A stretch of 64,000 bases of DNA from Tagaea sp. (lineage in GTDB: Bacteria; Pseudomonadota; Alphaproteobacteria; CACIAM-22H2): contig CBDIIB010000002.1 of assembly GCA_965279525.1 (NCBI GenBank), positions 384,001 through 448,000 on the forward strand. The letters are read 5' to 3'. How positions within the stretch are numbered: the first letter of the stretch is position 1; each line of letters opens with the position of its first letter. The translations under genes and the position numbers were made by a program. The notes beneath the pieces were generated by a model. It searched no databases and was not told the DNA's origin. It saw only the letters and a list, made by a program, of their open reading frames with translations. Positions 19,545 through 29,411 of this stretch are shown here, one piece after another.

Positions 19545-21044
19545 TCAGTCCTTGAGGGCGATTTCGCGGGTCTTGCGGAAGTTCGGGCTGACGACGAAGG
19601 CAAGCGCGATGGCGGCGAATGCCAGCATCGTCGCGCTGATCGGACTCGTCAGGAACACCATCGGATCGCCGCGCGACAGCAGCATGGCCCGCCGGAGATA
19701 CTCCTCCATCAACGGCCCGAGGATGTACCCGAGCAGCATCGGCGCCGGCTCGCAGCCGAGTTTCGAGAGGACATATCCGATGGCCCCGAACGCGGCGAGA
19801 ACCCAGAGGTCGAAGATCGAGTTGTTGAGGCTGACGGCGCCGATCGCGCAGAACACGAGGATCGCCGGGAAAAGCAGGTGATACGGAACGGCAAGCAGCC
19901 GGACCCACATCCCGATGAGCGGCAGGTTGAGGACGAGCAGCATCAGGTTGCCGATCCACATCGACACGATCAGGCCCCAGAACAGGTCGGGCTTCGCTGT
20001 CATCACCTGCGGGCCGGGGCTGATGCCCTGGATGATCATCGCGCCGATCATCAGCGCCATGACCGGATTGGACGGGATGCCGAGCGTCAGCATCGGGATG
20101 AAGCTTGTCTGCGCGCCGGCATTGTTGGCGCTTTCCGGTCCCGCCACGCCCTGGATGGCGCCGTGGCCGAACTCAGCCGGATTGTCAGCGATCTTCTTCT
20201 CGACCGAATACGAAGCGAAAGACGCGAGAAGCGCGCCGCCGCCGGGCAGTATCCCGAGAATCGAGCCGAGCGCCGTGCCGCGCACGATCGGCCCGAGCAT
20301 CCGGCGGAAATCCTCGCGCGTCGGGAGAAGATTGGTGACTTTCTCGGCGACCATCGTCCGGACATGCTGGTTCTCGAGATTGCGGACGATTTCGGCGATG
20401 CCGAACATGCCCATCGCGATGCCGACGAAGCCGATCCCGTCCGACAGGTCCGTCGTGTCGAACGTGAAGCGCTGCTGGCCGCTGTTCACGTCGGTTCCGA
20501 CGAGTCCGAGCAGCAGGCCGAGCAGGATCATGGCGAAGGCCTTCAGCAGGGATCCCGACGCGATGACGACGGCGCCCACGAGCCCGAGCACCATCAGCGA
20601 GAAATAGTCGGCAGGACCGAAATTGAGTGCGACCTTGGCAAGTGGCGGGGCGAACAGGATGATGACGCCGGTGGCAACCGTCCCGGCGAAGAAGGAGCCG
20701 ATCGCGGCGGTGGCAAGGGCCACGCCGGCGCGGCCCTTGCGGGCCATCTGATAGCCATCGATCGCCGTCACGATGGACGAGCTTTCGCCCGGAATGTTGA
20801 TGAGGATCGCCGTCGTCGATCCGCCATACTGTGCGCCATAGTAGATTCCGGAAAGCATGATCAGCGCGCTGGTCGGCGACAGCGTGAATGTGATCGGCAG
20901 CAGCATGGCGATCGTGGCGGCGGGCCCGAGGCCCGGGAGGACGCCGATCAGCGTGCCCAGGAGCACGCCGACGAAGCAGAACGCGATATTGGTCAGCGAC
21001 AGCGCTTCGCCGAAACCCAGCATCACGTTTGCGACGACATCCAT
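19545..21044 (-). CDS. tctA: tripartite tricarboxylate transporter large permease
   Basis: GVLPGLG, IYYGAQYGGS, PESANNA, LTLGIP. Confidence 0.95.
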   Translation of the reverse strand: MDVVANVMLGFGEALSLTNIAFCFVGVLLGTLIGVLPGLGPAATIAMLLPITFTLSPTSALIMLSGIYYGAQYGGSTTAILINIPGESSSIVTAIDGYQMARKGRAGVALATAAIGSFFAGTVATGVIILFAPPLAKVALNFGPADYFSLMVLGLVGAVVIASGSLLKAFAMILLGLLLGLVGTDVNSGQQRFTFDTTDLSDGIGFVGIAMGMFGIAEIVRNLENQHVRTMVAEKVTNLLPTREDFRRMLGPIVRGTALGSILGILPGGGALLASFASYSVEKKIADNPAEFGHGAIQGVAGPESANNAGAQTSFIPMLTLGIPSNPVMALMIGAMIIQGISPGPQVMTAKPDLFWGLIVSMWIGNLMLLVLNLPLIGMWVRLLAVPYHLLFPAILVFCAIGAVSLNNSIFDLWVLAAFGAIGYVLSKLGCEPAPMLLGYILGPLMEEYLRRAMLLSRGDPMVFLTSPISATMLAFAAIALAFVVSPNFRKTREIALKD

Positions 21045-21053
21045 CGTGCCGCC

Positions 21054-21515
21054 TCAGATCCCGAACCAGGTGCCGAACGCCGGCAACGGAAGGCCGAGGC
21101 CGAAGCGGAAGACGCTCCAGGAAAACAGGGCGAGCACCGCGGCGAGGGCAAGTGCCGTCGTCGGGCGGAAGCGATCGCTGGCGGCAAAGCTCGTGATCGT
21201 CAGCAGGACGATCGCTGGCACGAGGCCGGCCCCACGGACCGTCAGGCCGAACACGACGATCGCGGCGACGACGACCAGCAACGGCCGCCACGAGAAGCGC
21301 TCAAGTGCGCCGTCCTTGCCGAACTGGCCCTTGAGCGCCAGCACGGCTCCCAGAAGGGTCAGGAGGATTCCAAGGACCGTCGGAAAATAGCCCGGGCCCA
21401 TCTGCCGCGCGGTACCGAGCCGGTAGTCACCGGAAACCGTCACGAACATGATGCCGAGCCCGACGAAGAGCAGGCCCGTCAGGAGGTCGGTCGGATTTCG
21501 GGGACGCAAGGCCAT
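21054..21515 (-). CDS. tctB: tripartite tricarboxylate transporter small subunit
   Basis: MGPGYFP motif, hydrophobic helices, C-terminal LGLPLP. Confidence 0.9.
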   Translation of the reverse strand: MALRPRNPTDLLTGLLFVGLGIMFVTVSGDYRLGTARQMGPGYFPTVLGILLTLLGAVLALKGQFGKDGALERFSWRPLLVVVAAIVVFGLTVRGAGLVPAIVLLTITSFAASDRFRPTTALALAAVLALFSWSVFRFGLGLPLPAFGTWFGI

Positions 21516-21537
21516 CGGAGGTCTTTCGTCGGGGAAC

Positions 21538-21563
21538 CGGCCCGGCACGCCCGTGCCGGGCCG
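21538..21563. repeat. intercistronic stem-loop after tctC
   Basis: CGGCCCGGCAC-gccc-GTGCCGGGCCG, 11-bp stem. Confidence 0.7.
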
Positions 21564-21573
21564 TCTCGGGTGT

Positions 21574-22551
21574 CTACTGGGCCGTTATCTTCGCGACGCG
21601 CGCGACGTCCGCCCAGATGTCCATGTCCTTGCGGATGAGTTCGGCGAAAGTCGCCGGCGTGCTCTTGCCGTCGATCTCGTTGCCGGAAGGTGCCATGCGC
21701 TCGAGGACTTCCTTGTTGGTCAGGACCTTGTTGACGGCGGCCGCCATCCGCTCGGCGGCGGCCATCGGCATTCCCTTGGGCCCGAGCAGGCCGTTCCAGT
21801 AGCTGGCGGCGGCGAAATCGGGAAAACCCTGTTCGATCATGGTCGGGATCTCGGGTGCTGCCGCGAGCCGCTGCCGGCTGGTCACGGCAAGCGCCGTGAC
21901 GGTTCCCTGGCGGACCTGCGGCAGGGCGGTGGAAGAGTTGGCGACCGAGAAGTGCACGCGTCCGGCGATCTGGTCGACCATCGCTTCCGGAGATCCGCGG
22001 AAGGGCACGCCGACCGCGTCGATCCCGGTGCGTGCCCGGAACATCTCGGTCACGAAGTGGGACGGTGCGCCGTGCCCTGCGGTCGCATAGAAGAGCTGGC
22101 CCGGCTTGGATTTGGCGAGCGCCACGAGATCCTGCGGCGTCTTGAGCGCCAGCGACGGATGCGCCAGCAGGAGCGAGGGTGTCCAGGCGACGTTGACGAT
22201 CGGCACGAAGCTTTCGCGGACGTTGTAGGTCGTCTTGGTTCCCATCGCGGCGACCATGTTCAGCGCCGACGACGTGAACAGGATCGTGTAGCCGTCCGCC
22301 GCCGCGTTGGCGACGGCCTGCGAGCCGATGACGCCGGCTGCCCCACCGCGGTTCTCGATGATGATCGGCTGACCGAGTTCGGCGCGCAACGCCTCGCTCA
22401 TATGCCGCACCATCACGTCGATGCCGCTGCCCGGCGGCCATGCGACGACGATGGTGACCGGGCGTGCCGGGTAGGTCTGCGCGTCGGCAGAACCCGACAG
22501 TCCGGCGAGCAGGGCGGTTGCACACAGTAGTCCAGCCAATGCGCGTTTCAT
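21574..22551 (-). CDS. tctC: tripartite tricarboxylate transporter substrate-binding protein (Bug/TctC)
   Basis: Signal peptide MKRALAG; YPARPVTIVVAWPPG, ENRGGAAG, DGYT; GGGAG SD. Confidence 0.93.
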   Translation of the reverse strand: MKRALAGLLCATALLAGLSGSADAQTYPARPVTIVVAWPPGSGIDVMVRHMSEALRAELGQPIIIENRGGAAGVIGSQAVANAAADGYTILFTSSALNMVAAMGTKTTYNVRESFVPIVNVAWTPSLLLAHPSLALKTPQDLVALAKSKPGQLFYATAGHGAPSHFVTEMFRARTGIDAVGVPFRGSPEAMVDQIAGRVHFSVANSSTALPQVRQGTVTALAVTSRQRLAAAPEIPTMIEQGFPDFAAASYWNGLLGPKGMPMAAAERMAAAVNKVLTNKEVLERMAPSGNEIDGKSTPATFAELIRKDMDIWADVARVAKITAQ

Positions 22552-22616
22552 GGCGTATCTCCCTTTTTCACGGCCTGCCCCGTCGTCGACGGCGCGGCCT
22601 TTTGGCAGTTGCAAGA

Positions 22617-23417
22617 TCAGGCCGTCGTCGACCCCTGTTTTCGCAGCGATGCCGCGGCCGTCTTTGCCGCGGACATCATGTAGCCGATGTCCGTTCCCCC
22701 CATGAAAATGCGCGCACCCAGGGCCGCCATCTCGCCGGCCTCCGGGCCGCCGGCACCGCCGGCCACGAAGTGCTTGCCGTTCGCGCGCGCGGCCTTGGCG
22801 GCCACATGATAGGCGTCCCGGATCCGCGCATGACGGACTTCGCCCGGAATGCCGAGTTCGGCGCTCAGGTCGCTGGGTCCGATCATCAGCGCGTCGATCC
22901 CCGGCACCGCGGCGATCTCGTTCGCGGCCTCGATGCCGTCGGCCGTTTCGAGCATCGCGATGACCATCGTGATGTCGTTGACGATGCGGATGGCTTCCGC
23001 GGCCGGAAGTGAACGATATCGCGTCGTCGGGCCGAGTGCGGCCATCGAACGTCCGCCCTGCAGCGGGAACTTGGCGGCGTGCACCGCGCGGGCGGCGTCC
23101 GTCACGCCCGTGACGTGCGGAACGATCACGCACAGGGCGCCCGCATCGAGTGCGCCCCCGATATCCGCGGCAGCGTTGGCGCGCACGCGCACGGCCGGCA
23201 TCAGTCCCATCATCTGGCCGCTCGCGCAAAGTGCGGCCGTCTCCGCATCGGAAAACATGCCGTGCTCGCGATCGACATAGAAGCCATCGAAGCCGCACTC
23301 GCGAACGATCATAGCGGCATCGGGCGTGCGCAGCTGGCGCAGCGACATCATCGTGACGGGTTCGCCGGCTGCCAGCTTGTGCTTGACGGGATTGACGATC
23401 AGCGTCGCATCGGTCAT
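22617..23417 (-). CDS. HpcH/HpaI class II aldolase family protein
   Basis: VDREHG, ALDAGA, VPHV, MLET, IGPSDL. Confidence 0.88.
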   Translation of the reverse strand: MTDATLIVNPVKHKLAAGEPVTMMSLRQLRTPDAAMIVRECGFDGFYVDREHGMFSDAETAALCASGQMMGLMPAVRVRANAAADIGGALDAGALCVIVPHVTGVTDAARAVHAAKFPLQGGRSMAALGPTTRYRSLPAAEAIRIVNDITMVIAMLETADGIEAANEIAAVPGIDALMIGPSDLSAELGIPGEVRHARIRDAYHVAAKAARANGKHFVAGGAGGPEAGEMAALGARIFMGGTDIGYMMSAAKTAAASLRKQGSTTA

Positions 23418-24232
23418 CGGCGCGGTTCTCCTGGCGGGGTCTGCCGTTTGGGCGGCGGATAGCCGCGCGAGGCGAAGCCGGCATCGACCGTGACGATGTG
23501 ACCCGACATGGCGCTGGCACGATCCGAGGCGACGAATGCGACGACGTCGGCGATCTCCGCCGGCTGGATAAGCCGCCCGCGCGGCCAGTCGACGACCAGC
23601 TCCTGCCAGCGCGCCTCGTCGCCAAGCTCGGTGGCAGCGCGCTTGCGCAGCGACCGCTTGGCCTTCTCCGTCTCGACCCATCCCGGGCTTACACCCATCA
23701 CGCGCACGCCATAGTCGAGACTGACGCTGCCCACCGAGCGTGTCAGCGTGGCGATCGCGGAGTTGCCGGCGCCGCCGGCTGCATAAGCGTATTCGAGCTT
23801 CTCGGCGCCGATGCCGATCACATTGACGATGACGCCGCTGCCGCGCGCGCACATCTGGCGATAGAATTCCCGCGTCATGTTGATGTAGCCGAAAATCTTC
23901 AGTTCCCACCCGTCGCGCCATGTCTGCTCGTCGACCGACAGGATGTCGCCGCGCGGCGTGTTGCCGGCGTTGTTGACGAGAATGTCGACGTTTCCGCAGA
24001 TCACCGCGAGCTCCGCCGCGGCGCCGCGTCGGGAAAGGTCGGTCGGATGGACATCGACTTCGACCGCGAAGTTCCTGCGCAGCTCCATCGCGGCGGCAGC
24101 GAGTGCTTCTTCGCTGCGCGCGGACAGATGCAGATGGCAGCCTTCGCGCGCCAGCGATTCGGCGATCGCCCGCCCGATCCCCTGCGAGGCACCGGTGACG
24201 AGTGCGCGGCGTCCCTTGAGGCCGAGATCCAT
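23414..24232 (-). CDS. atypical SDR-family protein
   Basis: TGASQGIG, ILVNNAG; catalytic YxxxK replaced by YAAGGAGN. Confidence 0.85.
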   Translation of the reverse strand: MDLGLKGRRALVTGASQGIGRAIAESLAREGCHLHLSARSEEALAAAAMELRRNFAVEVDVHPTDLSRRGAAAELAVICGNVDILVNNAGNTPRGDILSVDEQTWRDGWELKIFGYINMTREFYRQMCARGSGVIVNVIGIGAEKLEYAYAAGGAGNSAIATLTRSVGSVSLDYGVRVMGVSPGWVETEKAKRSLRKRAATELGDEARWQELVVDWPRGRLIQPAEIADVVAFVASDRASAMSGHIVTVDAGFASRGYPPPKRQTPPGEPRR

Positions 24233-24235
24233 CCG

Positions 24236-24961
24236 TCAGGCGTCCTTCGGCCGCAGTTCGACCAGGTCCGGGCAGCAGCCCGCAGGCGCCGTCACGGCGA
24301 AGATGACGCCTTCGGCGACGTCCTCGGGCGTGAGCGGCTTGTACTTGCGTGCGGCAAGCGACTTGACGACCTCCGGATGGCGGCTGCTTTCGCGGATCCC
24401 GGTGTCGACCATGCCGGGTGCGATCTCGCTGACCTTGAGGCCGGAACCCTTGAGTTCGAGACGGAAGCCCTTGGCGAACGCGGAGAGCGCATGCTTCGTC
24501 GCCGCATAGACGACGGCAAACTGGTTGACGTTGCGGGCGGCACCGGAGGTCACGAACACGAGATGGCCGTCGCGCCGCTCGGCCATCCGGCGCGCGATCT
24601 CGAGGGTGATGGCGAAAGCGGAAACGACGTTGGTGCGGAACATCGCCTCCACGTCTTCCATCTTCGTGTCGAGCAGCGGCGCATAGGTGAGGATGCCGGC
24701 GTTGTTGACGAAGATGTCGGCGTCAGCGGCCGCGTCGGCGAGTCGCCGCACGAAAGCGGGATCGTCGAGGTCGCCGGCGATCGCGACGGCATCGACGCCC
24801 GATTGCCGGCAGGCGGCCGCGACCTCGTCGAGAGCCGCCTGCCGGCGACCGGTGACGATGACGGCGGCCCCTTCGCGCGCGAGCGCCACGGCGCAGGCCT
24901 TGCCGATTCCCGCACTGGCACCGGTGACGAGGGCTCTCCTGTTCTTGAGGCGCCCGGTCAC
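24236..24961 (-). CDS. SDR-family oxidoreductase
   Basis: GTG start overlapping cupin stop; TGASAGIG, NNAG, YAATK, EIAPGMVDT. Confidence 0.88.
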   Translation of the reverse strand: MTGRLKNRRALVTGASAGIGKACAVALAREGAAVIVTGRRQAALDEVAAACRQSGVDAVAIAGDLDDPAFVRRLADAAADADIFVNNAGILTYAPLLDTKMEDVEAMFRTNVVSAFAITLEIARRMAERRDGHLVFVTSGAARNVNQFAVVYAATKHALSAFAKGFRLELKGSGLKVSEIAPGMVDTGIRESSRHPEVVKSLAARKYKPLTPEDVAEGVIFAVTAPAGCCPDLVELRPKDA

Positions 24962-25476
24962 GGCTTTTCCGTCACCGGTCCGGCGATGTTCACCGTATCG
25001 TACTCGGCGGGAAGGATGATCTCGAGAAGCTCGAGATCGTCCGAATAGTCGCGTACGCAGTGCTTGATGCCCGGGGGCTGGATCCACGAACTGCCCTCGC
25101 GCATCTCGATGATGCCATGGCCCTCGAACTCGCTGCGCACCCAGCCCTTCAGGATGTAGACCATCTGGAACAGCGTGTCGTGGAAGTGCGGCTTCGAGAC
25201 CTCGGCCGCGTTGAACGGGCGTGCGCGGCGGTTGACGTGCGCCTGCACCATGCCGCCGGTCGCTTTCGCGAAGCCAAGGTCGCGCACCATCGTGTAGGCG
25301 CGGAACCCTTCGTTGGTGAAATCCTCCTCGCGCAGATGGCTGACATGGAATGTCTGCGCGGGCCAGCCGCTCTTCTTGGCAAGCGAGTTGCTCGGATCGT
25401 ACTCCGCCTCTTTCAGCAGGCGGCTCTTGGTTGCGGGCTTGGCCATCGTTTTCTCCGTCGTCTGCAAAACCGTCAT
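24958..25476 (-). CDS. cupin domain protein
   Basis: HFHDTLFQMVYILKG...WIQPPGIKH cupin metal motifs; alternative start at 25446. Confidence 0.82.
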   Translation of the reverse strand: MTVLQTTEKTMAKPATKSRLLKEAEYDPSNSLAKKSGWPAQTFHVSHLREEDFTNEGFRAYTMVRDLGFAKATGGMVQAHVNRRARPFNAAEVSKPHFHDTLFQMVYILKGWVRSEFEGHGIIEMREGSSWIQPPGIKHCVRDYSDDLELLEIILPAEYDTVNIAGPVTEKP

Positions 25477-26288
25477 GCCGCTGCGGTGAGCGGATTTTCC
25501 CGTGCGCGTGCCGTGATGTCCGCCGCCGTGCGCGCGACCTGCACGCCGAGGGCCGCCGTCTGGCGTCGGTCGACCTGGCTGGTCGCGAACGCGATGGACA
25601 GAACCGCAAGCAGCCCGCCTGTCTGGTCGAGGATCGGTGCCGCGATCGAGCCGACGCCAGGCGTGTTTTCTTCCCAGTTGATCGAATAGCCGCGCGCGCG
25701 GATTCCGGCGAGATCGGCGACCAGCGCGTTGCGGTCGGTCACCGTATTCGGCGTGACCGGTCGCATCCCGGTCTGTTCGAGAAGCCGCGTCGCGGCGTCC
25801 GTCGGGAGCAGTGCGAGCGCCACCTTGCCGGTCGCGGTGCTGTGCAGCGGCAGGCGCTGGCCGACCTGGGCATAGTACCGGATCGGGCCCGCACCCTCGA
25901 CGGCCGCGGTCATGACCATCGTGTCGTGGCGCAGGACCGAGAGATAGACGGTGAAAGTCGTCTTGGCGCCCAAGGCTTCCATGTCGGGGCGCGCCAAGAC
26001 TTCGAGCTGCCGGCCGAGCGCGAAGAGATTGCCGATCCGGAACGCCTGGACGCCGATGCGGTACTTCCTGTTGCGCGGATTCTGCTCGAGGAACTGGTGC
26101 ATCTCGAGCGTCTGGACAAGGCGCTGGACGGCGGTGCGCGACAGTTCGAGCGTGCGTGCAATTTCGCTCACGCCCATCTCCGAGCGGTTCGAATCGAACG
26201 CCGAGAGAACCTGGAGCGCGCGGCTGGCGGTCAGCGAAAATTCGGCTTCGCCCTGGCCCCTCGGGAGGGCAACGGTCGGTCGCGGCAT
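25473..26288 (-). CDS. IclR-family transcriptional regulator
   Basis: RALQVLSAF..GVSEIARTLELSRTAVQRLVQTL HTH; LPLHSTATGK; IRARGYSINWEE; GGGGAG SD. Confidence 0.92.
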   Translation of the reverse strand: MPRPTVALPRGQGEAEFSLTASRALQVLSAFDSNRSEMGVSEIARTLELSRTAVQRLVQTLEMHQFLEQNPRNRKYRIGVQAFRIGNLFALGRQLEVLARPDMEALGAKTTFTVYLSVLRHDTMVMTAAVEGAGPIRYYAQVGQRLPLHSTATGKVALALLPTDAATRLLEQTGMRPVTPNTVTDRNALVADLAGIRARGYSINWEENTPGVGSIAAPILDQTGGLLAVLSIAFATSQVDRRQTAALGVQVARTAADITARARENPLTAAA

Positions 26289-26329
26289 TTCTCTCCCCAG
26301 CCTTGCGGCAATTCCGGCCAATTGGCCAT

Positions 26330-26371
26330 TTGTTCCGTTAATCGGTCCATGAATCCCGAATAACGGAGCAA
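26330..26371. promoter_or_regulatory. probable IclR operator (imperfect inverted repeat)
   Basis: TTGTTCCGTTAATCGG-N10-CCGAATAACGGAGCAA, 14/16 complementary. Confidence 0.55.
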
Positions 26372-26543
26372 TTAGACGCACGCAGCTACCCTCCCGTCAA
26401 TGGGCGAGAGATAATTTTTGTGGAAGTCACTGCGATCGCAGTGAAAATTGATCGCATGACGGATCGGTGACATGTTGCCGTTGGTTGCATGTGTTTTCCG
26501 CGCGCTGAAAGGCTGAATACGGTGATCCGGATCGGACGTTCGC

Positions 26544-27665
26544 GTGCTGCCTGAGTCCCGTCCGATTCCCGCGGCCGGCATGGCGCGGCCGTCGTGGCTG
26601 CTCGCCATCGCGATGTCCGGGGACGGCCTGCTCTATGCCCTGCTTCCGCTGATGCCGGAAGCGTTCGGCATCGATCTGGCGTGGGCGGGTCTGCTGCTGG
26701 CCGCGAACCGTATCGTGCGCATCTTCGCCTATACGCAATTGGCGCGTCTCACGGCCTGGCTTGGCGCGCGACGGGCCGGGACGTTCGCGGCAATCGGCGC
26801 GATCGTCTCGACGGCGATCTTCGCGATCGAACCTGGCCAGTGGGTCCAGCTTGGCGGCAGGCTCCTATGGGGATTGTCGTTCGCAGCCATCAATCTCGTG
26901 ACGTTCGCCTACGCGGCCAGCGTGCCGGAACAGGCGGGTCGCCGCATCGGGACCAGCCGGGCGGTGACAGGCGTCACCATCACGTTCGCGCTGCTGGCCG
27001 GCTGTTTCGCCGTCGACCGGATCGGCGTGCCGATGCTGTTCACGATCGTGACGCTCGTGATGCTCGCCTGCATCCCGCTGGCGCTGACGCTGGAGCCCGT
27101 CGAGATCCGTCCACCGCGCCATCGTGCGCTGTTGATGCCGCTGCCGGGACGGATCGACGTCTGGGCCGCTGCCCAGGGGTTTGTCGTCGACGGCATCTTC
27201 ATCGTCTCCGTGACGCTCCTTCTCAAGGACAGCGTGACCGCGTTTTCTCCGGCGGTCGCGACAGGCATCGTTTTTTCGCTGAGGTGGATCGTCGAAAGCT
27301 TCTGTGCGCCGCTTGGCGGCCGGCTTGCCGACCGCTTCGGGGCCACGAACGTGATGCTCGTGTTCGGGACCATCATGGCGCTGGCACTCGGCTCGATCGC
27401 ATTCGGCTACGTCTACGCCGGTGCCGTCGCCGTGACGGTCGTGCGCGGACTCACCAACACGATCGCCGCCGCGATGGTCGCCGAGCGCAATCCGGGCGAT
27501 ACCGTCGGCGCGCAGTCGGTCTACTCGACCTATCGCGATATCGGGGCATCGCTCGGGCCGCTTTTTGCCGGCTTCTTTCTCGACGACATCGACCGGATGC
27601 CGCTTTATCTGGCGCTCAGCGTCATCCTCGGCGGGACGACCCTGATGCTCCGGCGCTGGCGCTAG
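26544..27665 (+). CDS. MFS transporter
   Basis: About 12 hydrophobic segments, GGRLADRFG motif, DIGASLGPL; start uncertain (26544 or 26580). Confidence 0.85.
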   Translation: MLPESRPIPAAGMARPSWLLAIAMSGDGLLYALLPLMPEAFGIDLAWAGLLLAANRIVRIFAYTQLARLTAWLGARRAGTFAAIGAIVSTAIFAIEPGQWVQLGGRLLWGLSFAAINLVTFAYAASVPEQAGRRIGTSRAVTGVTITFALLAGCFAVDRIGVPMLFTIVTLVMLACIPLALTLEPVEIRPPRHRALLMPLPGRIDVWAAAQGFVVDGIFIVSVTLLLKDSVTAFSPAVATGIVFSLRWIVESFCAPLGGRLADRFGATNVMLVFGTIMALALGSIAFGYVYAGAVAVTVVRGLTNTIAAAMVAERNPGDTVGAQSVYSTYRDIGASLGPLFAGFFLDDIDRMPLYLALSVILGGTTLMLRRWR

Positions 27666-27685
27666 CCGGACGCACCGCGCGAGGC

Positions 27686-27701
27686 TGGCATCGATCTTGC
27701 T
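27686..27701 (+). promoter_or_regulatory. sigma54 promoter
   Basis: TGGCAT-CGATC-TTGCT, near-perfect -24/-12, 32 nt before the SBP ATG. Confidence 0.75.
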
Positions 27702-27733
27702 CCTCTCCCGTCTACCGAATGGAGGGGTTCGAG

Positions 27734-29332
27734 ATGAAATGCAGACTGATGGCTGTGGCTGCCGCCGTAACTGTGGCGCTGGCTTTTTCTCAGGCACATG
27801 CGCAAGGCACGCTGCGCATCGGCATGACCGCCTCCGACATCCCCTTGACCACCGGCCAGACCGACCAGGGCGGCGAGGGCATGCGATTCCTCGGCTATAC
27901 GGTCTATGACGCGCTGATCAATTGGGACCTGTCGAAATCCGACAAGGCTTCGGATCTGGTACCCGGACTTTCGACGGAATGGACAGTCGACCCGACCGAC
28001 AAGACCAAGTGGACGTTCAAGCTCCGGCCGGGCGTCAAGTTCCACGACGGGTCCGAGTTCGATGCCGCCGCCGTCGTCTGGAATTTCGAAAAACTGCTCA
28101 ACCAGCAGGCACCGCATTTCGACCCCCGCCAGTCCGGACAGGGCCGCAGCCGCATTCCTGCGGTAGCCAGCTACAAGGCGGTCGACAAGCTGACGCTCGA
28201 GATCGTCACCAAGACGCCCGACGCGACGCTGCCCTACCAGATCGCCTGGATCATGTTCTCGAGCCCGGCGCAGTTCGAGAAGGTCGGCAAGAGCTGGGAG
28301 AATTTCGCCAAGACGCCGTCGGGTACCGGCCCGTGGAAGGTCGTGAACTTCGTGCCGCGCGAGCGCGTCGAGATGATCCCGAACACCGAATACTGGGACA
28401 AGGGCCGCATCCCGAAGCTGGAGCGGCTTGTCCTCGTGCCGCTCCCCGAAGCGAGCGCGCGCACGGCCGCCCTGCGCTCCGGCCAGGTCGACTGGATCGA
28501 AGCACCGTCGCCCGATGCCGTCGCCTCGCTCAAGCAGGCCGGCATACAGATCGTCACCAACGCTTATCCGCATAACTGGACGTGGCACCTGAGCCGCGCC
28601 GAGGGCAGCCCGTGGAACGACATCCGCGTGCGCCGTGCGGCGAACCTCGCGATCGATCGCGAGGGCATGAAAGAATTGCTTGGCGGCATGGCGATACCGG
28701 CGCAGGGCTTTTTCCCGCCCGGCCACCAGTGGTTCGGCAATCCGAAATTCAAGCTTCGCCAGGACGTCGCGGAAGCCAAGAAGCTTCTTGCGGAAGCCGG
28801 GTTCGGCCCGGGCAAGCCGCTCGAGACGAAGATCCTGATCGCCCCCTCCGGCTCGGGCCAGATGCAGCCGCTGCCGATGAACGAGTTCGTGCAGCAGAAC
28901 CTCGCCGATGTCGGGATCAAGATCACGTTCGAGGTCGTCGACTGGAACACGTTGATCAACATCTGGCGTGCGGGCGCCAAGCACGAGTCTTCGCGCGCGG
29001 CGACGGGCATGAACTACACCTACTTCATTCAGGATCCGTTCACGGGCTTCATCCGGCACCTGCAGAGCACACTGGCGCCGCCTGCCGGGACGAACTGGGG
29101 CTACTACGCCGACCCCGAGATGGACGCGCTGTTCGACAAGGTGCGCAACACGTTCGATGCGGTCGAACTGAACAAGGTGCTGCAGGCGATCCACGAGAAG
29201 TACGTCGACGAAGCGCTGTTCCTGATGGTCACGCACGACGTCAATCCGCGCGCGATGAGCCCGCGCGTGAAAGGCTTCGTCCAGGCGCAGAACTGGTTCC
29301 AGGACTTCTCGCAGGTCTTCATGGCGAGGTAG
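27734..29332 (+). CDS. peptide/nickel (family 5) ABC substrate-binding protein 1
   Basis: GGAGGGG SD, signal peptide, WTFKLRPGVKFHDGS, PSGTGPW. Confidence 0.92.
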   Translation: MKCRLMAVAAAVTVALAFSQAHAQGTLRIGMTASDIPLTTGQTDQGGEGMRFLGYTVYDALINWDLSKSDKASDLVPGLSTEWTVDPTDKTKWTFKLRPGVKFHDGSEFDAAAVVWNFEKLLNQQAPHFDPRQSGQGRSRIPAVASYKAVDKLTLEIVTKTPDATLPYQIAWIMFSSPAQFEKVGKSWENFAKTPSGTGPWKVVNFVPRERVEMIPNTEYWDKGRIPKLERLVLVPLPEASARTAALRSGQVDWIEAPSPDAVASLKQAGIQIVTNAYPHNWTWHLSRAEGSPWNDIRVRRAANLAIDREGMKELLGGMAIPAQGFFPPGHQWFGNPKFKLRQDVAEAKKLLAEAGFGPGKPLETKILIAPSGSGQMQPLPMNEFVQQNLADVGIKITFEVVDWNTLINIWRAGAKHESSRAATGMNYTYFIQDPFTGFIRHLQSTLAPPAGTNWGYYADPEMDALFDKVRNTFDAVELNKVLQAIHEKYVDEALFLMVTHDVNPRAMSPRVKGFVQAQNWFQDFSQVFMAR

Positions 29333-29411
29333 CTCCGGACGTCGCCGCAGCTGGGCCATACCGCCATAAACACAGCAACTCGTAACCCCCCATATCTGGA
29401 GCGGACATCGC

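Noticed and set aside
26594-29332. Apparent large fusion ORFs (912-aa SBP, 683-aa TctC, 950-aa ADH, 861-aa ALDH, 619-aa PxpB)
   Set aside because: N-terminal extensions are off-frame read-through over the upstream gene; true starts have an SD or overlap the previous stop
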